A stretch of DNA of 64,000 nucleotides. It comes from Eledone cirrhosa (Eukaryota). Positions 14,030 through 27,060 of this stretch are shown here, one piece after another. The DNA lies in the NCBI GenBank assembly GCA_964016885.1, contig OZ024742.1, positions 118,234,001-118,298,000 on the forward strand, in the 5' to 3' direction. Each line of letters opens with the position of its first letter. Position 1 is the stretch's first letter. The position numbers and the translations under genes are program-made. Below the pieces are notes generated by a model. It was given only the letters and a program-made list of their open reading frames with translations, searched no databases and was not told the origin of the DNA.

Positions 14030-14452
14030 CCTGTGTCAGTGTTGAACAAAAAGGTGACGTGGTTGCCTTAACACCGTATGGCATAAATTCAGGCTGTTCA
14101 GTTTGTTTACAAACGAACAAAGCGACGTTAGCGCCGCTAAACTGATACGTGCATATATGTATGTGTACCTGTATGCATATGTATGTATATATGTATATAT
14201 ATATATATATATGTGCATGCTACTGTACGTCTGTATACATATATGTATGTACGTATACATGCATACTTACATTTAAGTAAGTGCCATACTAAGAGTGAGA
14301 AATGAAATTTCGTTTTCATTTTGTTTCAATTTATCGTTTTCGGTATGCCTGACCGATTTAACTCACTCAATATGCAAATTAGGCTGCTCAGCCGTTAATT
14401 TTCATAAGGAAAGTATATACTTTCGAACGTTCAACTATCTGGCAGATGGGTA

Positions 14453-14497
14453 AACGGTGCTGATGATAGCTAACAAGCTTGAAACTAGTACATCGTT
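14453..14497 (+). ncRNA. Type I hammerhead ribozyme (F2, copy 2)
   Basis: Identical to 13985-14029. Confidence 0.88.
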
Positions 14498-14937
14498 CCT
14501 GTGTCAGTGTTGAACAAAAAAAAAAAAAAAAAAAAAAGGTGACGTGGTTGCCTTAACACCGTATGGCATAAATTCAGGCTGTTCAGTTTGTTTACAAACG
14601 AACAAAGCGACGTTAGCGCCGCTAAACTGATACGTGCATATATGTATGTGTACCTGTATGCATATGTATGTATATATGTATATATATATATATATATGTG
14701 CATGCTACTGTACGTCTGTATACATATATGTATGTACGTATACATGCATACTTACATTTAAGTAAGTGCCATACTAAGAGTGAGAAATGAAATTTCGTTT
14801 TCATTTTGTTTCAATTTATCGTTTTCGGTATGCCTGACCGATTTAACTCACTCAATATGCAAATTAGGCTGCTCAGCCGTTAATTTTCATAAGGAAAGTA
14901 TATACTTTCGAACGTTCAACTATCTGGCAGATGGGTA

Positions 14938-14982
14938 AACGGTGCTGATGATAGCTAACAAGCTTGAAACTAGTACATCGTT
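14938..14982 (+). ncRNA. Type I hammerhead ribozyme (F2, copy 3)
   Basis: Identical to 13985-14029. Confidence 0.88.
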
Positions 14983-15405
14983 CCTGTGTCAGTGTTGAAC
15001 AAAAAGGTGACGTGGTTGCCTTAACACCGTATGGCATAAATTCAGGCTGTTCAGTTTGTTTACAAACGAACAAAGCGACGTTAGCGCCGCTAAACTGATA
15101 CGTGCATATATGTATGTGTACCTGTATGCATATGTATGTATATATGTATATATATATATATATATGTGCATGCTACTGTACGTCTGTATACATATATGTA
15201 TGTACGTATACATGCATACTTACATTTAAGTAAGTGCCATACTAAGAGTGAGAAATGAAATTTCGTTTTCATTTTGTTTCAATTTATCGTTTTCGGTATG
15301 CCTGACCGATTTAACTCACTCAATATGCAAATTAGGCTGCTCAGCCGTTAATTTTCATAAGGAAAGTATATACTTTCGAACGTTCAACTATCTGGCAGAT
15401 GGGTA

Positions 15406-15450
15406 AACGGTGCTGATGATAGCTAACAAGCTTGAAACTAGTACATCGTT
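15406..15450 (+). ncRNA. Type I hammerhead ribozyme (F2, copy 4)
   Basis: Identical to 13985-14029. Confidence 0.88.
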
Positions 15451-15756
15451 CCTGTGTCAGTGTTGAACAAAAAGGTGACGTGGTTGCCTTAACACCGTAT
15501 GGCATAAATTCAGGCTGTTCAGTTTGTTTACAAACGAACAAAGCGACGTTAGCGCCGCTAAACTGATACGTGCATATATGTATGTGTACCTGTATGCATA
15601 TGTATGTATATATGTATATATATATATATATATGTGCATGCTACTGTACGTCTGTATACATATATGTATGTACGTATACATGCATACTTACATTTAAGTA
15701 AGTGCCATACTAAGAGTGAGAAATGAAATTTCGTTTTCATTTTGTTTCAATTTATC

Positions 15757-16350
<594 letters not shown>

Positions 16351-16679
16351 TAAACTTCTTTCTCTCATCAATCAGCACCTATTTACTTGCTTCTATTCAG
16401 CCTTCCTTACTCGTGACTTTCTTCTGATCTTTACTTCATTAATCATCATTAACATCATTAATTTGAATAAATAAAGCTATTTCAATTCAGCTAATCACTC
16501 TTCAGTTTCAGTGTTATTACTACTTGTTGCAGTGAACTAAATCGTGTTGTTGTAATTACGAATGGTTCAAATAAACTATTGTGATATAAGTGCCTTCACC
16601 ATAGACATAACACAGAAGTGATAAAAAGATACAATTTATCACTATCTATAAATATGTTGATATAAATATATTTTTTAAA

Positions 16680-16820
16680 GATGGCGAATTAGCAGAGGCA
16701 CTATAGCATCAGACCTAATAACTTACGATATATATATACTCCGAATCTTTATTATCTGAATTCAAATCCCACTGAGATCAACATTGTCTTTCGGGGTCAA
16801 TATATTAAGTACCAGTCAGG
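16680..16820 (+). mobile_element. S1 SINE, degenerate
   Basis: ctgaattcaaatcccactgagatcaac...ggggtcaatatattaagtaccagt. Confidence 0.6.
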
Positions 16821-17540
16821 TCAGTGAATTGGCGGAAATGTTAGAAAGTCAAACGAAAGGCTGTGTTGGTCTGACTTCAAATTAAGTTCATATAGTGTTG
16901 TTTGTTTTGATGGGGGCTGTATACAAAATGTTATATTTTAGAGTGCATTAATGATATGATGGAGAGGAGTGTTCATGCTTTTACAAGTGGCATTAGACAA
17001 GTAAGTAAAGTATCGTCACCAGAAAAACTGAAAGTGTGTCGCCGTTGAGGTTTGCTACGCCCACGTCATATAAACAGCTATTACACGTTATACAACTGAT
17101 AGATAAGTGTGTATGATACAGAGAGAAAAGAAAAGGGAAGCTATCATAAGACATACTGGAATAACAGGCAGCTTTCAGAAGATAGAGGATTAGGACAAGT
17201 AGCTATCAAAAACAGAAGAGGAAAATCGAGTGGTTGCTAATCAAAGAAAGATACCATAGCTACGAGTGTGGGCGAATTAATGTAAAAACGACAGGTAGCA
17301 TAAAGAAACGAAATTTACTAAAGAAAGAAATAGAAAGTATTTGCAATGGAATGGGAAAGAAAAATATTTTATAATAGCTCCATTAAATTATTCTATCAAT
17401 TCCTAAGACCTGAAAAAGTTATATATATATGTGAGGGGGGGGGTGCAAAGAGTAAACAGAAATAATAAAAATAAAAGAAACAAACAGCACAGTACATGAA
17501 AGAAATATATTAGTTTAATGCTTGAAATAGCAAGAAGAGA

Positions 17541-17576
17541 GTTTGACGTTTCGGTCACTAGTCCTTCATCAGAATA
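17541..17576 (-). ncRNA. Degenerate minimal hammerhead motif
   Basis: Reverse complement att-CUGAUGA-aggactagtgacc-GAAA-cg-UC-aaac: core and GUC site intact, stems I and II weak. Confidence 0.45.
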
Positions 17577-17769
17577 TAGGTTTAGAAGTAGAAGATAAAC
17601 AGAAATTAAAGAGTAATGTGAGGAAAGAATGGGGAAAATGAGAAAAGAAATTGGGGAGAAAAAAAACACTCGTACGTATTCAGTTGGCCATATGTATGTA
17701 TGCATGTATGTATGGATGTATGGATGTATGTATATATGTATGTATGTACGTATGTATGGTCGTTCTCAA

Positions 17770-18296
17770 GTGATGTATGTATGGTCGCTCTCAAGGTTGT
17801 ACTGGTAACATGTGACCCAGTACAACCTGTTTCATGGTTGGGTCGTCGGCGACTAAACCGGCAACCCCACCAAGCTTGCTTGGTGAGGAGGGTGATATTT
17901 GGACACCCTGCGGGTTGAAATACAAGACCCGGCAAAGGGCCGAGGAACTCAGCAGAGTCAACGGCCATGCAAATTGCACTTTTTTTTTCACATGGGAATG
18001 AAAGGTCCCCAGTTGTTGTCACAAAAACCTTTCTAGGAGATGGAAACTCTGAAAAACAACCTGCGGCGTCGGAAGCATCCGATGATGTTGACCAGTTCTC
18101 CTTATTGTGTAGTGTTTTCGATGCTCAGAGAGTGGGATTGGTCAAGTGCAAGGTCTTTTCCCACTTAAAAAACCTTCAAAGCACAGGCATTGCTTGTTCA
18201 AGATCTGTTACAGGTTCGTGTGGCTGGCCGTAGCCTGAAGCTACACCATTTTCTGTAATCGGACAAGCGATTCCAATAGCAGAGTTTGCAGCCATT
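17770..18296 (+). mobile_element. RTE-related non-autonomous element, diverged subfamily
   Basis: 5' ~180 bp closely similar to 18350-18530; flanked by (ATGT)n. Confidence 0.6.
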
Positions 18297-18342
18297 ATGT
18301 ATGTATGCATGTATGTATGTGTGTATATGTGTATGTCAGCTC

Positions 18343-18932
18343 ACTAGTTGGTGCTACTGGTAACATGTATCCCAGTACAACCTGTTTCATGGTCGGGTCG
18401 TTGGCGACTAAACTGGCAACCCCACCAAGGTTTCTTGGTGAGGAGGGTGACTTTGGACATCCTGCAGGACTAAAAACAAAACCTGTCTAAGGGCAAAGGA
18501 GCTCTTAAGAGTCAATGGCCATCCAAAATCAACGGCAGAGATGACCCCTTAGCCTTTGTCAAGGCAGAATTCTAGAAGGAAAACTCTGATATAACACCTG
18601 CAACTCTGATGGTATCCAATGATGTTGACTTGTTCTTATTTTTGGTAAATATCATCTTGGTTAAGAGAGTGGGACTGGCTTTGTGCAGTGCTTTGCTCAC
18701 TAAAAAAGCTTCACGGCACAGGCATAGCTTTATATCTGGAGATCTCCTTGCACTTGTCGTCATATGGTACCATGGGCCCAGCACTATGTGTCAATAATTG
18801 TCACAAGTGTAGTGTTTGTACCAGAGTTTTCAAGTCTCTGGCTGGACTAAAAAGTCACACTCGCATCGGTAGGGGTTCTCCTACATGGATATAAAGTAGT
18901 GGCCGTACTCGAAAACGAGTTGGCAGCCACCA
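18343..18932 (+). mobile_element. Internally deleted RTE-clade LINE derivative (~590 bp)
   Basis: 3' part encodes CSVCTRVFKSLAGLKSHTR, like the C-terminal C2H2 finger of RTE ORFs; near-identical inverted copy at 38731-39328. Confidence 0.7.
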
Positions 18933-19206
18933 TATGTGTATGTATATTTCATATAGAACTTGCTACTCGTAAAAAAACAAAAAAACGTTTTAGTCCTGTA
19001 ACCCTCAATTCCATTAATGTATTGAATACCGTATTTAACTGTGGTTCCTCTTCGTTCCCCTTCAGAAAACCATTCTTAATTTTCTATACATATATATGTG
19101 TGTGTGTGTGCGTGTGTGCATGGATATGTGTGTGTGTGCATGAGTGTGTGTGTGTGTGTTTCTGTGTGTGTTTCTGTGTATGTGTGTGTGTGGCAAATGA
19201 GGAAGC

Positions 19207-20479
19207 TACCAGAGTCGGGAAAAGTTCATAGGCTGACCAAGATACTCTCATGTATTATGACCGAATGAGGTTTATTTGGCCCACACACTTCGTCCATCGG
19301 TGCTATAGTGTTTGGATCTGATTGGTGAAGAAACTTTCACTCTGTTGGTCAACATATCATCAACACCAGATATGACGTCATCATCACTACAATACTGGTT
19401 CCCAGCCAAGTATTTTTATGCTGGGGAATAGATGATAGTCAGATGGGGCGAAATCAGGAGAATAGGAAAGGTTGATGAATCAGTTCAAAGCCACAGTAAC
19501 GCACAGCAGCCATTGTAACCAAGGAATTGTGTGCTATACCACTGTCCTTATGAAACAAGACCCCTTTTGTCTGTTTTTCTGGGCGTTTTGTAACTGCCTC
19601 AGCAAGTTGGCATAATACTCTCCATTGATGGTGTGGCTCTCTTTTGAAGATAGTTAATAAACACAATACCTTTTTCATCCCTCAAACATGAGGCCATTAC
19701 ATCCTATGCAACTGAAACGACCTTGGCCTTCTTTGGAGCAGGTGAGGACGGGTGTTTCCACTGCATCGATTGTCTCTTTGTCTTTGGCTCAAAAGTAATG
19801 AGCCCAACACTCATCCTGGGTTAGAAAACATTCAAGGAAATCAGCTGGATCTGCCTCAAACAAGGTCAGATTTTGCCGAGATGTGATCAGCCTGGAATGC
19901 TTTTGATCAGGTGTCAGAAGACATGTCACCCACCAAACAAAAACCTTTGCCATGCTAAAGTTCATTGTGCAGAATATGTATTCTTAATTGTCTCATGGGA
20001 TGTGCTAATAACATTGACTATTTGATTTATAGTCAATTGCCTGTCTTCCATCACCATGTGGTGAAGACGATCAGTGTTTTCCTCGGTGGTGGCAGTTGCA
20101 GGACGTCCAGACCTTGGGTCATTTTCAAAACTCTCCCTTCCTCTCATACATTCAACTGCCTACTTTTACATTGTTGATAAAGCTGGAGCGTCATCCCCTA
20201 ATGAAACAACCCTGTCAGCATGAATGTCCTAAACCTTTAGGGGACTAAACCTTTTTTCTTCAGGTACTTGATAACATCACGATGCCAAATTTTGTCCATT
20301 ATCAAGAGAGGTTGCTACCAGTTACATTTGATTTTCATTGAACATCCAGATGTCAGTTTACCAGGAACAAAACAATGCAGTTATTAACAAAAATAGTTGA
20401 AATTAATGCACGCAAGATTTCACAGCCCTAGCATCACTCCTTCATAGTCAGCCTATGAACTTTTCAGCCCATCTTCGTA
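19207..20479 (-). mobile_element. Mariner (Tc1/mariner) DNA transposon, full-length but inactivated
   Basis: TIR core gaaaagttcataggctgac (19219-19237) and its reverse complement (20447-20465), terminal TA, ~1.27 kb; fragments RGRESFENDPRSGRPATA, GVLFHKDS..AH and FSPDFAPSDYHLF (YSPDLAP-like), with stops and frameshifts. Confidence 0.92.
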
Positions 20480-21742
20480 GATGGTTTTTTTTTTTAATAT
20501 TGAAAACACTTTAGTCTTGTAATTTTATCATCGTTGTCAGCATTTTTTCATACTTTCGTATGAGTTTCATGCAGAGCAGTAACATTCTTTAAACCATCAT
20601 CATCATTTCTAGGCGCACATGCGCACTTCAAGAATAGATCGTGAATGTGTAGAAATGTTAATGATGGATTCCGTATTTTTAAGGCTCCAAAACAAACTGC
20701 AAGGAACTTCCATAACAAAAACAAAATAGAAAATACATGTCGTGTTTTAATACAGCTTGTTTAAAGAGAAAGTTTTAAATAAAAATATATCTGCACCATC
20801 CTCAGGTCTTAACGTTCACAAATGGCTGATTGAATGTGTTATATCGTTATTGTGTAACTATATAGTCCTCCAACTGATATAGAACTCTCTCGACACTTGT
20901 TGGTTATTACTCTGCACACATTCACTCACAGACAGACACACACACACATACACATACACATACACACATACATATACATATTATTTTTCTCGCATAGATG
21001 TATTTATTTATTGCAGAATTCCGGAAGAAATTGATCGAACGCCAAATACACACATCAATTCGGGTTATACAAAAGGTACAACCGAACATTCTGCTGTTCA
21101 GAAGAAACACGATAAATTATATAACATATCCTTACCGCTTCATAATATATAGGCATATCTTTCACGATGAATTAGACACAGTTATGTAAATAAACTAAAC
21201 AAAATATACAAAGGGAAAATTGTTGTAGGCATACAAGAAGACAAATTATTGTATATCACCTTTCCCAAAATACCCTCGGCCTGGATCAAATTTTTCTCCC
21301 AAACTCTGTTCTAACTTACACATACAACTAAAATATGACCAAAACCGAAAATATGTCAAACCCAGAATATTATACCACACCCGAAAATATAAACAAAGCC
21401 GGAAGAATGTCGAACTAAAACTATTCTAACAATCCCTGGAAGAACTCAGAAATAAATACATTCTGATTATGATATTAAACGACAAACATAAATACCTACT
21501 CCAGGATGAATTTGCGCGTGTCTGTGTCTGTGTAAATACCGCCTAGGTTAACTTTGCCTTTGATACTTTCGAGGTCGAAATATTAAGAACCAAATATCAG
21601 TACGGGAGTCGATGTTTCCTTTAATTCACTTTCTCACTTTCTCTAGGTAAACATTGATGTGTTCATGCTCCACCAGGCTTGAATGCCCAAGTGTTACAAC
21701 GGCGCCCATAATTCCATGCGCCTATATGTGTGCGCGTGTGTA

Positions 21743-21968
<226 letters not shown>

Positions 21969-21998
21969 AGATCAAAAGATGGTTAAAGGAGTTCCATG

Positions 21999-22069
21999 TA
22001 TTTTATTATGCGCATTTCAAATACAAACATCATCATGCAATAATATTTGTGTTTTCATCAGATAAAATA
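21999..22069 (-). ncRNA. Type I hammerhead ribozyme (F3) in inverted pLTR
   Basis: Reverse complement tattttat-CUGAUGA-aaacacaaata...tgtttgtattt-GAAA-tgcgca-UA-ataaaata; 8-bp stem I. Confidence 0.85.
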
Positions 22070-22840
22070 GGAGGACATGATATGAAGGCTAAAAAACACT
22101 TGTGGATAGTGCAGTTTTAAATCAACATATGAAAAGTAATTTTAGATTGATGTGTGATATTGGGAAAACAAATTTTTTTTATTTAGAGAGGGGGGTGGAA
22201 AGGATGAAAAAAGGGGAGGAGATGAGAGTGAAGGTGGAGAGGGAGAGATGGGTGATAGAGAGAAAGGGATAGTTTTTATAACTGAGAAAAGATATATTGT
22301 TTTACATAGAGAGGTTGAAAACCGTTGGAAGATAATGTATAAATTAAAAGAATTTGAAAATTAACGAAGGGAAAAATATGTACGAGGAAGGAGAGGGAGT
22401 TAATATGTATTGAGATTAAAAAGTTTGATGATAGAGAGAAAAAAATAGTAATTGCGGATGAATATTCTAACGTCAAAAAAATGTGTGTGTGTTTACAAGT
22501 ATTATGGCAATTTCAAAATTAACGAAGAGAAAAAATTATTAAGGTTTGTGTATTGAAGGATTTGAGAAAAATAATGTGAAGTTAAGGTTTGTATATTGAA
22601 AGAATTGATAATATGTGCGAAGAAAGAGTTAATATGTATTAAAAATTATTAAGGTTTGTGTATTGAAGGATTTGAGAAAAATAATGTGAAGTTAAGGTTT
22701 GTATATTGAAGGAATTGATAATATGTGCGAAGAAAGAGTTAATATGTATTAAGAATGAGTTAGATGATGGGGAGAAAAAAATAATAAATTAAGGATGAAT
22801 AATCTAGCGTCAAAAAAATGTGTACGAAGAAGGAGAGGGA

Positions 22841-23213
22841 TGTAATTTATGAATGTAAAGTTATAACTAGCACCAATTCCTTCACCTATTTTGGCTCCAC
22901 TTCCACCTCTTTTAAAGCTCGTCTCTATAATCATCATTCATCTTTTAAATACAAACTTAAAAGAACCAACACGGCTCTCCCAGAACTCATATGGTCCTTG
23001 AAAGACAAAAATATTAAATATACCATCTTTTGGAAGAAGGTTTCTTCTGCGTCCTCATACTTGAACAGCTCTCTATCTAAAATCTGTAATCTCTGCCTAA
23101 ATGAAAAATTTACCATTATCTCTAATCTAGATTCTATAATAAATAGACGTACAGATTTGTTTTCTATCTGCTTGCATAAATTCCATAGGACTTTTCACAA
23201 AGTATACAGCTAA
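22841..23213 (+). pseudogene. C-terminal GIY-YIG endonuclease fragment of PLE element 1
   Basis: VIYECKV...YFGST...FKARLYNHHSSF...W...CNLCLNEK...INRR.DL...C.H; same motif order as the end of the 643-aa ORF but clearly diverged. Confidence 0.88.
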
Positions 23214-23389
23214 TATTTAATTCTTTATCAATTTAGAATCTTTTCTCAAAGGCACATATACATACACCTCTTTTAAAATATACCCATCTTCCTACCTTAC
23301 TTCAAAAGGTATTATACACTCTATAATACTTGTTTACTCATTACCCTCATTCTATTTTCACCTTGTAAAATCCTTCATAACATATACAT

Positions 23390-24500
23390 TTGTTTTTTTG
23401 ACGCTAGATTATTCATCCTTAATTTATTATTTTTTCTCCCCATCATCTAACTCATTCTTAATACATATTAACTCTTTCTTCGCACATATTATCAATTCCT
23501 TCAATATACAAACCTTAACTTCACATTATTTTTCTCAAATCCTTCAATACACAAACCTTAATAATTTTTTAATACATATTAACTCTTTCTTCGCACATAT
23601 TATCAATTCCTTCAATATACAAACCTTAACTTCACATTATTTTTCTCAAATCCTTCAATACACAAACCTTAATAATTTTTTCTCTTCGTTAATTTTCAAA
23701 TTGCCATAATACTTGTAAACACACACACATTTTTTTGACGTTAGAATATTCATCCGCAATTATTATTTTTTTCTCTCCATCATCAAACTTTTTAATCTCA
23801 ATACATATTAACTCCCTCTCCTTCTTCGTACACATTTTTTTGACGCTAGATTATTCATCCTTAATTTATTATTTTTTTTCTCCCCATCATCTAACTCATT
23901 CTTAATACATATTAATTCTTTCTTCGCACATATTATCAATTCCTTCAATATACAAACCTTAACTTCACATTATTTTTCTCAAATCCTTCAATACACAAAC
24001 CTTAATAATTTTTTCTCTTCGTTAATTTTGAAATTGCCATAATACTTGTAAACACACACACATTTTTTTGACGTTAGAATATTCATCCGCAATTATTATT
24101 TTTTTCTCTCCATCATCAAACTTTTTAATCTCAATACATATTAACTCCCTCTCCTTCTTCGTACACATTTTTTTGACGCTAGATTATTCATCCTTAATTT
24201 ATTATTTTTTTTCTCCCCATCATCTAACTCATTCTTAATACATATTAATTCTTTCTTCGCACATATTATCAATTCCTTCAATATACAAACCTTAACTTCA
24301 CATTATTTTTCTCAAATCCTTCAATACACAAACCTTAATAATTTTTTCTCTTCGTTAATTTTGAAATTGCCATAATACTTGTAAACACACACACATTTTT
24401 TTGACGTTAGAATATTCATCCGCAATTACTATTTTTTTCTCTCTATCATCAAACTTTTTAATCTCAATACATATTAACTCCCTCTCCTTCCTCGTACATA
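23390..24500 (+). repeat. ~333-bp tandem repeat (~3.3 units, one with a ~110-bp internal duplication) in PLE 3' UTR
   Basis: tgacgctagattattc at 23399, 23841, 24174. Confidence 0.9.
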
Positions 24501-24807
24501 TTTTTCCCTTCGTTAATTTTCAAATTCTTTTAATTTATACATTATCTTCCAACGGTTTTCAACCTCTCTATGTAAAACAATATATCTTTTCTCAGTTATA
24601 AAAACTATCCCTTTCTCTCTATCACCCATCTCTCCCTCTCCACCTTCACTCTCATCTCCTCCCCTTTTTTCATCCTTTCCACCCCCCTCTCTAAATAAAA
24701 AAAAATTTTTTTCCCAATATCACACATCAATCTAAAATTACTTTTCATATGTTGATTTAAAACTGCACTATCCACAAGTGTTTTTTAGCCTTCATAGCAT
24801 GTCCTCC

Positions 24808-24878
24808 TGTTTTATCTGATGAAAACACAAATATTATTGCATGATGATGTTTGTTTTTGAAATGCGCATAATAAAATA
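24808..24878 (+). ncRNA. Type I hammerhead ribozyme (F3) in PLE pLTR
   Basis: tgttttat-CUGAUGA (24816-24822)-long stem II-GAAA (24859-24862)-tgcgca-UA-ataaaata; palindromic stem III atgcgcat. Confidence 0.87.
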
Positions 24879-25017
24879 CATGGAACTCCTTTAACCATCT
24901 TTTGATCTTATATATTATGTATACTCCAGTCCTACAAACTGTAGAGTGCTTCTCATCCGATATCTGCATTGCTTTATTGTACTACAATAAAACTCACCTC
25001 CTACATTATATATATAT

Positions 25018-27060
25018 AAAGAACTCAGGAAAAATTATAAAAAATCTAATAATGCGTCACTCACCAACATCAACAACAAAACACACAACATAGTAAAAAA
25101 ACTAAACATTGAAGATAGAACTGAACCTTTGGCATTGAAAAGACCACACTTCAACCTGAAGGATCATAAATCAAACTTTATCTCAAATCCTTCTATAAGA
25201 CTTATATGTCCCTCCAAATCAGATATTGGAATAATTAGCAAAAAAATTTTGGATAGAGTCATCCCACAAATAAGAAAACACGTTATTTTACCACTCTGGG
25301 AAAACACTTCCCAGGTAATTAACTGGTTTAAAAATATTAGATGTAAATCTTCTGCTTCATTTCTACAATTTGATATAGATAATTACTATTCTTCTATATC
25401 ACCTATACTCCTGAACAAAGCATTGATATTTGCTAAAAATAGATCTAACTTAACTTTGGATGACATTAATATTATTACACATGCTAGACTAACACTTATT
25501 GAATTTCAGAATGAATACTGGACCAGAAACACATATAGTAATCTATTTGATATTACTATGGGTTCAAGCGATTCCGCCCAAATTACTGATCTTGTGGGCC
25601 TCTTTCTCCTTTTCAACATAAATGCCTCCTTTCCCCACCTTAAAGGTGGTTTATATCGTGATGACTGTCTTCTTCTTTCCAACAACCTTAGCCTTTCAGA
25701 AATAGAAAAAGACAAAAAGCATATTAGAACTTTCCTTAAAGACTATTATAGTCTTCATATTACTTTTGAAAAAACAAGTAAAGTAGTAAATTTCCTAGAT
25801 ATAACTTTAGACTTAGCTACGGGTATCTACCAACCTTACCATAAACCCAACCAAAACTTACATTACATACACTCACAATCTAATCACCCTAAATCTATCC
25901 TTAAAAACCTTGCATATAATATATCACTTAGAATTTCTAACCTTTCTTCTAACCAAGATGTATTTGATAAAAATGCGACCTTCTATAACGAAGCTCTAGA
26001 TAGAAGTGGCCACAAAAATAGATTAGAATATATACCTTCTACTAAAAATACTAAAAACATACAACCTAATATTACCAACAAACACCAAATGAAAAGTACA
26101 CACCTAAATGCCACCCACAATATACCCCAAAATACCAAATCTTCTAATATAAAATATAGTAACTCTCAAAAAACTACTCATCATACAACTCTAATAAATA
26201 TTAATAATAAAACTCCTAATAAAAAAGATAAAACACCTAAATCTACAAATATAACTAAAAATGGTTGTGGTGAGATCATTAACATTAATCCTCCTAGTAA
26301 ACATCACGATACAACCTATAAAAATAATAAAAATAATAAACAACATAGAAACCGTAATAGACGGGTTACTTGGTATAATGCTCCATTTAATTTACAAATT
26401 AAGGATAATATTGCTAAAAAATTTTTTTATATCCTAGAGAAAAACTTCCCGCCAAACCACAAATACCATCAAATCTTAAATAGGTCTACAGTTAAATTCT
26501 CATACTCAACAACAAATAACATAAAACAAAATATAAGTGCCTATAATGCATATAAATGTAAGAAAACCATAAGTATACCACCAATACATCAAACTAACCA
26601 TAATATCTCCTCAAATACAGAATTAACGAAAGGTTGTAACTGTAGAAACAAAGCAAACTGCCCATTAAAAGGAAATTGTCTTGTTAACAACATAGTTTAT
26701 AAATGTAATGTTAAAACTAAAGATTCTATTTGCTCATATATAGGAGCTACTTCTAACAATTTTAAGACAAGGTTTAATACCCACAAACATAGTTTTAAAA
26801 ATGCCGCACTGGCTAATACAACATCTCTAGCAGAAAAAATCAATAGTTATAAAAATAAGAATATAGAATATGATTTGACCTGGAGTGTGCTCAAAAGAGC
26901 CACCCCTTATCAAAATAATAGAAATGAATGTAGATTATGTTCCCAAGAACTATTTGAAATAATGAAATCTAAGGATATCCTATTAAATAAACGACAGGAA
27001 TTAATTATATCGTGTAATCATAAACTAAAAAAAACATTTAAATATTATAAACCCAATTAA
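25018..27060 (+). CDS. Penelope-like element RT + GIY-YIG endonuclease (Naiad-like, element 2), 5'-truncated, uninterrupted
   Basis: Frame open from 24991: KLNIEDRTEPLA..LKDHK.NF..NP..RLICPSKS, QFDI..YY.SI, ITMGSSDSA, GLYRDD, VNFLDITLDL, YIHSQSNHP, WYNAPF, CNCR.K..CPL.G.C, VY...YIG, CRLC..E, LNKR.EL...C.H. The ORF-track TTG start is not a real start. Confidence 0.93.
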   Translation, partial: KELRKNYKKSNNASLTNINNKTHNIVKKLNIEDRTEPLALKRPHFNLKDHKSNFISNPSIRLICPSKSDIGIISKKILDRVIPQIRKHVILPLWENTSQVINWFKNIRCKSSASFLQFDIDNYYSSISPILLNKALIFAKNRSNLTLDDINIITHARLTLIEFQNEYWTRNTYSNLFDITMGSSDSAQITDLVGLFLLFNINASFPHLKGGLYRDDCLLLSNNLSLSEIEKDKKHIRTFLKDYYSLHITFEKTSKVVNFLDITLDLATGIYQPYHKPNQNLHYIHSQSNHPKSILKNLAYNISLRISNLSSNQDVFDKNATFYNEALDRSGHKNRLEYIPSTKNTKNIQPNITNKHQMKSTHLNATHNIPQNTKSSNIKYSNSQKTTHHTTLININNKTPNKKDKTPKSTNITKNGCGEIININPPSKHHDTTYKNNKNNKQHRNRNRRVTWYNAPFNLQIKDNIAKKFFYILEKNFPPNHKYHQILNRSTVKFSYSTTNNIKQNISAYNAYKCKKTISIPPIHQTNHNISSNTELTKGCNCRNKANCPLKGNCLVNNIVYKCNVKTKDSICSYIGATSNNFKTRFNTHKHSFKNAALANTTSLAEKINSYKNKNIEYDLTWSVLKRATPYQNNRNECRLCSQELFEIMKSKDILLNKRQELIISCNHKLKKTFKYYKPN

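Larger units (their letters stand above)
13564..15756 (+). mobile_element. 468-bp tandem array (~4.6 copies), one HHR per unit; non-LTR retrozyme-like (F2)
   Basis: Units start at 13564, 14032, 14500, 14985, 15453; essentially identical except a 17-nt poly-A expansion at 14516-14537; ends in (TA)n. Confidence 0.9.

Noticed and set aside
14516-14537. Poly-A expansion in one 468-bp unit as a poly(A) tail or insertion
   Set aside because: Expands an existing A5 run with no TSD; slippage or read error is more likely.
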